DNA of 53,139 bases from a virus (taxonomy: Duplodnaviria > Caudoviricetes), in IMG/VR virus record IMGVR_UViG_3300027779_000039, positions 1 through 53,139 of that record, one strand, 5' to 3'. The position numbers were made by a program, and so were the translations under genes. Positions 20,149-26,826 of this stretch are shown one piece after another. The notes under the pieces are model-generated. The model did no database searches. It was not told where the DNA came from and saw nothing but the letters and a program-made list of their open reading frames with translations. Position 1 is the first letter of the stretch. The number at the start of each line of letters is the position of its first letter.

Positions 20149-20268
20149 TACTAATCCTAAAGGGGGTACAAGATATACTCATACCCCCGTGCCTTACATG
20201 CTGTAAAGAATCAATCTGTACCACGATCTCCTCGGAAAAAAGGATACAAGATGCTTTAGAGGGACATT

Positions 20269-20670
20269 CTATTTTTTATCTTTACGAAACGCATGTTTTC
20301 TGGCAAACCATTTAGGTACGCTATATTCCCCCCAAGGTAGCATACCTTCTAAATACATTGCTTCTTCTATCTCAGCAAGGTCAGGCTCGTAGCCTATCTT
20401 GTCTGTGAAGTCTTTATCTGCTTTTATTACTGCCCTAATATAGAATACGGAACTATGTGGCAAATCTATTGCATTGGATGTATCGTCATTTCCATGAACT
20501 AGGGAGTAATAAAACTTCTCTAATAAGTTTACATACATACCCGAATTTATTGATTTGTCAAGTTTTTTATCTATTGCATCCATTTTAAGAGTACGTACTA
20601 CTACATCCCTTTCATCATCAGGCAATTCCCATGCTATTTCCATTAGTTGATCTAGTGTTTTTATATCCAT
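20269..20670 (-). CDS. Hypothetical protein
   Basis: Start MDIKTL overlaps upstream stop (TAATG); PHSSVFYIRA..IEEAMYLEG motif. Confidence 0.65.
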   Translation of the reverse strand: MDIKTLDQLMEIAWELPDDERDVVVRTLKMDAIDKKLDKSINSGMYVNLLEKFYYSLVHGNDDTSNAIDLPHSSVFYIRAVIKADKDFTDKIGYEPDLAEIEEAMYLEGMLPWGEYSVPKWFARKHAFRKDKK

Positions 20671-20873
20671 TACCAGTGCCTTAGTACCCCTGCCACAATA
20701 AAGAAACAGGTAATCCACGTTACCGACCTCTCTGCTATACGCATATAGAGCCCTATCTTAGCATGTCTTTGTCTTAATACAGCAGCTTTAGGTGTATCTT
20801 CATCGTTTTCGCCTATAGGGTACTCTATTGCCCTTGCAACGACCTTTTCCCATGTTCTATACTTAGTGTTCAT
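20670..20873 (-). CDS. Hypothetical protein with C-terminal hydrophobic segment
   Basis: 67 aa, tiled with neighbours. Confidence 0.6.
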   Translation of the reverse strand: MNTKYRTWEKVVARAIEYPIGENDEDTPKAAVLRQRHAKIGLYMRIAERSVTWITCFFIVAGVLRHW

Positions 20874-21084
20874 CGTAGTTCTCCATTAGTACTATAGGAG
20901 TGTCTTCACCTATCCACGCACCTAGTATATTGAAGTCTATCCACTCAACAGACTCATCTTCTTTCATACCTTGTTGTATGAATACGTCTACTAACTTATC
21001 ATAATCGTACACAACTACAGTATCACAGCCACATCTATGACCTAGTCCCACAATAGCATCGTCACATCCAGTCCACTTTTTCAT
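20863..21084 (-). CDS. Conserved small acidic phage protein
   Basis: GxDDAIVG...VYDYDK...EWIDFNIxGAWxGExTP motif; AAGGAG RBS. Confidence 0.75.
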   Translation of the reverse strand: MKKWTGCDDAIVGLGHRCGCDTVVVYDYDKLVDVFIQQGMKEDESVEWIDFNILGAWIGEDTPIVLMENYDEH

Positions 21085-21103
21085 ATTTTTATCTCCTTAT
21101 AGT

Positions 21104-21132
21104 TTGACACATTGAACAAATCATGGTATAAC
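21104..21132 (+). promoter_or_regulatory. Sigma70-type promoter (antisense to local genes)
   Basis: TTGACA-17 bp-TATAAC with extended -10 TG. Confidence 0.6.
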
Positions 21133-21214
21133 TACGTTATCCCCCCTGGGGGGCTATATATATATACTAGGTATACACCAAATTAACACATAGTATATAC
21201 TAAGTAGGTACATA

Positions 21215-21661
21215 TTACTCATGTAGCCTATACTTCATATCACTAAGTGACTCACCTAGCTCTATATCTACATCATTTCTTTCATGTTCATACAATCTAT
21301 CTGCTACTCTATATAAATCTACAGATGTACCTATAGATTTAATGTTATTAGCTTTAGAACTTATGATTTCTACATTACTATTTACATATCCTTTATCTGG
21401 AACTATTCTATCCAAGGTAGGAGACTCTTTAGTAATGCCTTTCTTCTTATTATTCCAATCTAATTTAATCTCAGTGAAGTAAGGACACCTCTCTTTAACC
21501 AAAGGTATCAGTTCTTCCCATACAAGAGTACATGGTACTCCCTTCTTTAACGCCCTAGCCCTTGCCCTACGCACCATAGACTTTAGTTTGTAAGCTACAG
21601 GGTCTTCACGCAACTGTCGTTTCCTATAATCACGCATATATTGTACATTTCTTTTAACCAT
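21215..21661 (-). CDS. HNH / endonuclease VII-like nuclease
   Basis: RARxRA...CP...SPTLDRIVPDKGYVxxNVxIISxKANxIK motif. Confidence 0.8.
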   Translation of the reverse strand: MVKRNVQYMRDYRKRQLREDPVAYKLKSMVRRARARALKKGVPCTLVWEELIPLVKERCPYFTEIKLDWNNKKKGITKESPTLDRIVPDKGYVNSNVEIISSKANNIKSIGTSVDLYRVADRLYEHERNDVDIELGESLSDMKYRLHE

Positions 21662-21667
21662 TCGTAC

Positions 21668-21696
21668 ATTGTATTGAGTATATGAACGATTGTCAA
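21668..21696 (-). promoter_or_regulatory. Sigma70-type promoter at the head of the morphogenesis arm
   Basis: TTGACA-17 bp-TACAAT; ATG of the nuclease lies 7 nt downstream of the -10. Confidence 0.7.
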
Positions 21697-21828
21697 ACTA
21701 AGTAACTATGTATTCCTTAAATATATCTACATGTAGTATGCCAAACTAGGTAACACCCCCTAATTTATAATTTTATGCAGCATCCGTATACACTATACCC
21801 CCCGCAGGGCGGTGGTCATACATACCCC

Positions 21829-22210
21829 GTAGATAAGCGTTTAAACTCAGTGGGTACTGTGTGGCAAAAATGCAACAAAATGATAGTATAATGATAGTTT
21901 TTAGAACGGTTCTAAACTAGGTAGTGTAACATTTTAGCAACTGTGTGTATAATGCAACACTATTTGCGGGGGAATGGGAAATAATAAAAATTATTAATAT
22001 ATTATAAGGGTTTAAACGGTCATACTATTTTAAATCAATTTTAAGAGCCATACAGGACAATTTCTTTAAATGGCTACCCACCTATTCAGAAATCTTAAAT
22101 CAAATTTGTTCTACTTTTGTTCTGATGAAGTTTGTTACATTCTGTTACATTATTTTACTAACTTTTTTTAATTATTTTCTTGACCGTTTAAACTTAAAAT
22201 GCTCTAATCA
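21829..22210. promoter_or_regulatory. Non-coding block A: cluster of host-TF-like boxes ending in the first early promoter
   Basis: ICE 21900-21916; Pho-like 21880-21897; LexA 22108-22122; TGTTACA repeats 22133-22149; 16-bp palindromes; 3x GTTTAAAC. Confidence 0.75.
22180..22208 (+). promoter_or_regulatory. Early sigma70 promoter P1
   Basis: TTGACC-17 bp-TCTAAT with TG extension; spacer contains GTTTAAAC. Confidence 0.6.
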
Positions 22211-22263
22211 AATCAAGGTTAAATCATTAGGGTTTAATCATCAACCAAATAAAGAGAGATTAG

Positions 22264-22623
22264 ATGACTAAATATAACTTAAAAAAAGAAACAGTCTTAA
22301 ACCCAAGTAAAATAAGACTATTAATACATACAGAAAGCCAATTAAAAAATGAACATGTTGGCGGGTGGATAGATGAAATTAAATTCATAAGCCATGAGGA
22401 CAATATATACTCAACTTCTAAAGTGTTCTTAACATATATTAAACCTATAAAAGTAAACGGGGATATGATTGGAAACATTAAATACGATTATGAAATTTCT
22501 CCAAATATGGATAGTGAAAGGGTTAGCTATCCAACTTTTGACGAAGGACACTTCACCTTAATAGAAGAAAAACATACTTTCCATGAAAAGGAAATTGAAG
22601 AACTAAACAACGATAATAAATAA
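22264..22623 (+). CDS. First early gene, hypothetical
   Basis: 119 aa ORF after P1, followed by a hairpin. Confidence 0.65.
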   Translation: MTKYNLKKETVLNPSKIRLLIHTESQLKNEHVGGWIDEIKFISHEDNIYSTSKVFLTYIKPIKVNGDMIGNIKYDYEISPNMDSERVSYPTFDEGHFTLIEEKHTFHEKEIEELNNDNK

Positions 22624-22677
22624 TTATTAATCGGGGAGGGTTTAAACGCTCTCCCCATCAACCACGAGGTAAATACA

Positions 22678-23349
22678 ATGAAAACAACTATTAAAACATA
22701 TGAAACATTAGGCGGTAAATTTGACGCTGTAATCAATGGCAATGAATACCAAATATTTAAGGGAAGTCGTGAAGAATACGGAACAAAAGGCTATAATGAA
22801 TTTCTAGTTCCTTACTTTAAAGAAAAAACGGGCTATGAATTACCGCCTGTTTTTGTATCAATGACTAGTAAATATAGAGAAAACGCTAAAGCATTGGCAG
22901 ACTGTACCACGTATTCAGATAGAATAGAAATATCTTTTAATGCTCATAAAGTTAAAGGTGAGACTGTAGAAGATACCCTTAGATTTTGGGATATTATGGT
23001 ACATGAGGGAATACATGCTTGCGGAATTGGTGGACATAAAAAAGATTTTGCAGACATAGGAAAAAAACTAGGCTTAACGGGTAGCGGTGAAAATAATAAT
23101 ACTTGGACAGCTACAATCTCAACCCCTCAATTAGATGAAACAATATTAAAAACTATTGTAAATAAATTAGGGCTATATCCTCAACATGAATTCAAACAGC
23201 ATTCAAAGAAAAAAGAAGCCGTAAGAAATATTAAAATAGAATGCTCTAATGATTGTGGATATTCTCACCGCTCAAGTATGAAAAATTTTAACATGCTAAC
23301 TAATACCACGTGCGGTGCATGTGGCGAGGGTGAACTAATAACCGCTTAA
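22678..23349 (+). CDS. SprT-like zinc metalloprotease with C-terminal zinc ribbon
   Basis: HEGIH (HExxH) then GHKKDF; CSNDC...CGAC; GAGGT RBS. Confidence 0.75.
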   Translation: MKTTIKTYETLGGKFDAVINGNEYQIFKGSREEYGTKGYNEFLVPYFKEKTGYELPPVFVSMTSKYRENAKALADCTTYSDRIEISFNAHKVKGETVEDTLRFWDIMVHEGIHACGIGGHKKDFADIGKKLGLTGSGENNNTWTATISTPQLDETILKTIVNKLGLYPQHEFKQHSKKKEAVRNIKIECSNDCGYSHRSSMKNFNMLTNTTCGACGEGELITA

Positions 23350-23363
23350 ATTAAATCAACAAG

Positions 23364-23391
23364 GGGGTAGTTTAAACGCTACCCCTATTTT
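23364..23391 (+). terminator. Hairpin/terminator with GTTTAAAC at its apex
   Basis: GGGGTAG-TTTAAACG-CTACCCC-TATTTT. Confidence 0.55.
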
Positions 23392-23409
23392 AAAATAAGG
23401 ATTAATACA

Positions 23410-23613
23410 ATGAAAACAATACAATTAAAATATAAAGAAAGTTATGGTAATAAAAGATTTTACCCTGACTGTGACTATTCACAAAACCTTTTACAATTTG
23501 TAAGCTATAATAAAAAATGTTTTACACTTGAGGAGTACCAAGTTCTAAAAGGTTGCCTAGGTTTTGATGTAATAATTAATAATGATATAGAGGAGGGTTT
23601 AAACGGTGAGTAA
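23410..23613 (+). CDS. Early hypothetical protein
   Basis: 67 aa; KxSYGNxRFYP motif; AAGGA RBS. Confidence 0.7.
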   Translation: MKTIQLKYKESYGNKRFYPDCDYSQNLLQFVSYNKKCFTLEEYQVLKGCLGFDVIINNDIEEGLNGE

Positions 23614-23704
23614 CACAACGACAGAAGCAACGACAACACAAAAAATAATTTGTATAATGTCCTTAATCTTTTCAATAATTTATTTTTTATTTTTAAGATA
23701 GGTA

Positions 23705-23733
23705 TTGACAACAACGAATTAAAAAATTAATAT
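23705..23733 (+). promoter_or_regulatory. Early sigma70 promoter P2
   Basis: TTGACA-17 bp-TAATAT preceded by an A/T tract. Confidence 0.6.
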
Positions 23734-23759
23734 AAACTAATAACAACGAGGTAAATAAA

Positions 23760-24146
23760 ATGACTAAAATAAAAACAATAAGAGATAATAGCGGTACTGA
23801 TTACGACGGTACTATTGATGAGCCGTTTAGACAACGAAGGGTATTTGAACCGAAAAATAAAATAAGATTTCTTGGGACGACTAAAACATGGCGGGATAAG
23901 ATAAACGGTCAGACGTATTTTTCAACTAACGTTGAAGACATTGAGCGAGATGTTAATTACCTTTTCCCTATTACCAACGGCTATGGTGACCAATCAGAGT
24001 ATAACGTCAAGAGGGCGTTAGAGATTGACGACAGCGAGATAAGATTTATTAAAATTCCTAATTGTAAAAAGTCAGAAGTTAAAGAACACGGACAAGGACA
24101 AAAGGAAAATTACTTTTCCGACTTAGGATATTACTACCAAGATTAA
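23760..24146 (+). CDS. Early hypothetical protein
   Basis: 128 aa; WRDKINGxTYFS...YGDQ motif; GAGGT RBS. Confidence 0.7.
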   Translation: MTKIKTIRDNSGTDYDGTIDEPFRQRRVFEPKNKIRFLGTTKTWRDKINGQTYFSTNVEDIERDVNYLFPITNGYGDQSEYNVKRALEIDDSEIRFIKIPNCKKSEVKEHGQGQKENYFSDLGYYYQD

Positions 24147-24177
24147 ACAGGTAAGCGTTTAAACAGTTACCTCCCCC

Positions 24178-24217
24178 TCCCCTCTAGTGTTATGGTTGGC
24201 ACTAGGGGGGTTTTTTT
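24178..24217 (+). terminator. Rho-independent terminator
   Basis: CCCCTCTAGTG...CACTAGGGGGG followed by T7. Confidence 0.85.
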
Positions 24218-24219
24218 GT

Positions 24220-24870
24220 GCCTAAAATTCTAGGCGTTTAAACGGACAGACTACCTCATTAAATCTTAGGCGTTTAAACGGGCAGATTATGACAGTAATA
24301 ATGATAGTATCGTGATAGTTTTTGTTCTCCTTTTGTTCTATGTATATATCAGAGAGTTTAAACGAGGTGTGTATAAGTGTTGTATTTATACCACGTTGTA
24401 TTTATGCAACAGAAATTAAGTGTTGTATTTATATCACGTTGTAAATATATCACGTTGTATTTATGCAACACAGATAGATTAGAATAGTTCTAAAGTATAG
24501 TTGCGAATGATTCTTAGAATAGTTCTAAAGTATAGATTAGAATAATTCTAAAGTAGATAAGCGTTTAAACGTTCTGTTACAATCTGTTACAATAATTTAT
24601 TAAAGTAGTTATTTTAGGGGTTTACAGGTTTTAACGGTCATAGAGCGTCATACAGACGATTTAAGCCTTTTGGCTACGCTAGTATCTAAAAATCCTAAAT
24701 CAAATTTGTTCTCTCTTTGTTCTCTTTTTTCCCTATATACATTATATATATAAAAAAACATTTTTTACTGAGCGTTTAAACGACTGATAAAGTTTGTTAC
24801 ATTGTGTTACAATTCTTTACCGAAAATAATTTATTTTTTTGTTGACGGGTTTATTTAAAAATGCAAAAAT
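24220..24870. promoter_or_regulatory. Non-coding block B: dense tandem array of host-TF-like boxes ending in early promoter P3
   Basis: 5x GTTTAAAC, Pho-like triplet, 2x LexA, 5x 16-bp palindrome, 3x ICE, Fur-like, 2x TGTTACA pairs, TTGACG at 24842. Confidence 0.8.
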
Positions 24871-24917
24871 ATAAACACAGTCAATAATGATTGCAAATTT
24901 TTAGAGGTAAAAATAAA

Positions 24918-25184
24918 ATGATTAAAATATATGAACATGATAAAAAAGTATTTAATATGAGAAAAGAAATAAACATAAATAAATATAAAGCTGAAGAAGG
25001 CGAGGTAAAAGAGTATCAAGAATTTTTTGTAGAACTTGACGCAAAAGAGATACAGACACTTTGTCAGTTAATAGGTTTAACAATGAACAAAGGAATAGAG
25101 TTGGAAAACTTATACAAAAAATTATCAGACTTTAATAATCATACTAATCAAGAAGATTGTAGGCTTGAGTTATACACAGGCTAA
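24918..25184 (+). CDS. Early hypothetical protein
   Basis: GAGGT RBS before MIKIYE (downstream of the track start). Confidence 0.65.
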   Translation: MIKIYEHDKKVFNMRKEININKYKAEEGEVKEYQEFFVELDAKEIQTLCQLIGLTMNKGIELENLYKKLSDFNNHTNQEDCRLELYTG

Positions 25185-25210
25185 CTGTTTAAACGAGGAG
25201 GAGAAATAAA

Positions 25211-25465
25211 ATGTTTATAATAAATCAAACTATGGGTAAAACAATCTCATATAGAAATTGGGGAATAACAACCACAATTCGTAAAGGTAAAAAATACTGG
25301 ATAATTGTGGAGGATTGTTTCGGTCAGTATGAAGAATATTGGCAATTAATTGACACATTAAAACAAGCTAAAAATTTAATAGATTTTTATGAAGAAAAAA
25401 AGAAACTTAATGCTGATGGTTATGAAGAAGAGGAAGTTTTAGAGTTAGACTGGTTGGTGGAATAA
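25211..25465 (+). CDS. Early hypothetical protein
   Basis: 84 aa; GAGGAG RBS. Confidence 0.65.
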   Translation: MFIINQTMGKTISYRNWGITTTIRKGKKYWIIVEDCFGQYEEYWQLIDTLKQAKNLIDFYEEKKKLNADGYEEEEVLELDWLVE

Positions 25466-25466
25466 A

Positions 25467-25892
25467 ATGTTAAAATCTAAAAAATTAAAATTTAAAAAAT
25501 TACCATATGAAGCAAGTTATAAAACTTTGTTAAAAAGATTTCCTGAAATTAATATTGACCAAGATGATGATTTGGGTGATGAAACTTTTCACAAAGCCAT
25601 GAATGGTGCAAAGCCTTATTGGGTTGATATAAATGGACATTTTTATGAAAGATACGGTTTGTGTTGGGATAATGATTGTCCTGTGGCAGGATATTCACAT
25701 ATTGTATGGGGTAGTGATAATAGAGATAGTCATGTCCAAATTTGTGCAAAGTTTATATATTTAATTACAGAACATTTTAAAGATTGTCATTTTATTACAC
25801 CAAGAGACATTGTTGATTGGGGTGTAGCCCATAAGCCTATAAGTGATGAAGAAAGATATTGGACAGATTATTACGAAAATATTGGAAAGTAG
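25467..25892 (+). CDS. Early hypothetical protein
   Basis: 141 aa, tiled. Confidence 0.65.
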   Translation: MLKSKKLKFKKLPYEASYKTLLKRFPEINIDQDDDLGDETFHKAMNGAKPYWVDINGHFYERYGLCWDNDCPVAGYSHIVWGSDNRDSHVQICAKFIYLITEHFKDCHFITPRDIVDWGVAHKPISDEERYWTDYYENIGK

Positions 25893-25915
25893 TTTAAACA
25901 ACGAGGAGAAATAAA

Positions 25916-26284
25916 ATGAAAAGTTTAATAGAAACAATACTACAAACAGCAGTAGATAAGGGCTATGAGTATGCTCTAATAGAGCCATACGACAGAACAA
26001 CAGAACTTAAAAGAACTAATGATGTATCGTTAGGTTTTGCAAATGCAAAAAATAAATGTCAAGGCATACATAATTATGACGAGATTATTATAGAGTTTTG
26101 GCACAAGGAAGAACACATGGGCAATCTTTATTGGACTAATGGGAACGATGACGCAGAACAAGTTTCTGATTACCATTGTAGATTAGATGACGAAGATAAT
26201 TTAGGTCTTGACACTATAATAAAACAATGGGAAAAAGACTTATTAAAAATAACACAACCCAATAATTCTGAAGCATGGAACTAA
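25916..26284 (+). CDS. Early hypothetical protein
   Basis: 122 aa; GAGGAG RBS. Confidence 0.7.
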   Translation: MKSLIETILQTAVDKGYEYALIEPYDRTTELKRTNDVSLGFANAKNKCQGIHNYDEIIIEFWHKEEHMGNLYWTNGNDDAEQVSDYHCRLDDEDNLGLDTIIKQWEKDLLKITQPNNSEAWN

Positions 26285-26307
26285 GGGTTTAAACGAGGAA
26301 AAGAATA

Positions 26308-26559
26308 ATGAGAAAGGCTAAATTTATAGAACTACAATATACAACACACGCTAGTTTAGACTTAGGGGAGGAGGGTATAAACCCTGATGACATTAAATCT
26401 ACATTCTTTAAGTGGGGTATGGCAGACATAGAACTTAAAGACGGGACTAAGCACACTATACATCTTAATCACCATGAGGTAGACTGTAAGTACCACGAGA
26501 AGGGGGGTGTCTATGATGATGATTACGAAAAAATTGAAGTGGATTGGTTTGAAGAGTAA
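26308..26559 (+). CDS. Early acidic hypothetical protein
   Basis: 83 aa; GAGGA RBS. Confidence 0.7.
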   Translation: MRKAKFIELQYTTHASLDLGEEGINPDDIKSTFFKWGMADIELKDGTKHTIHLNHHEVDCKYHEKGGVYDDDYEKIEVDWFEE

Positions 26560-26582
26560 GAGTTTAAACGAGGAGAAGGATA

Positions 26583-26732
26583 ATGGATAAAGAGTGGCAG
26601 ACATTTATAGAAGAAGTCTATGAGATAGCTTTTGGAGACAACGCCTTTAACAGAGGATTTGATTCAGAAGAAGTCGTAACTAAACTAAAAGAATTTTCAG
26701 ACAACGCACACAAATGGGAGGAGAACGTTTAA
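26583..26732 (+). CDS. 49-aa early protein (not in ORF track)
   Basis: MDKEWQTFIEEVYEIAFGDNA...; GAGGAG RBS; stop lies inside a GTTTAAAC. Confidence 0.65.
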   Translation: MDKEWQTFIEEVYEIAFGDNAFNRGFDSEEVVTKLKEFSDNAHKWEENV

Positions 26733-26749
26733 ACGATATGAGTAAAGTA

Positions 26750-26803
26750 TGTTACATGGTGTTACAAAACTTTACTTGCATTATACTAATACTAATATAA
26801 AGT
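26750..26803 (+). promoter_or_regulatory. Promoter with upstream TGTTACA-N3-TGTTACA repeat
   Basis: Repeat 26750-26766; TTGCAT-16 bp-TAAAGT. Confidence 0.45.
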
Positions 26804-26826
26804 CAAATTAACAACGGAGAAATAAA

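Noticed and set aside
332-21000. Plus-strand ORFs antisense to structural genes (e.g. 332-640, 3683-4972, 6295-6696, 13294-14093)
   Set aside because: Shadow frames of long genes; no RBS or recognisable motifs
22030-22044. CtrA box TTAA-N7-TTAA
   Set aside because: Exact match but single and low-information in very AT-rich DNA; not counted as supported
24379-24552. Tandem repeats as a CRISPR or mini-CRISPR array
   Set aside because: Repeats are 16-17 bp, mostly abutting, with no unique ~30-bp spacers; the Cas4-like nuclease is a standard phage replication exonuclease
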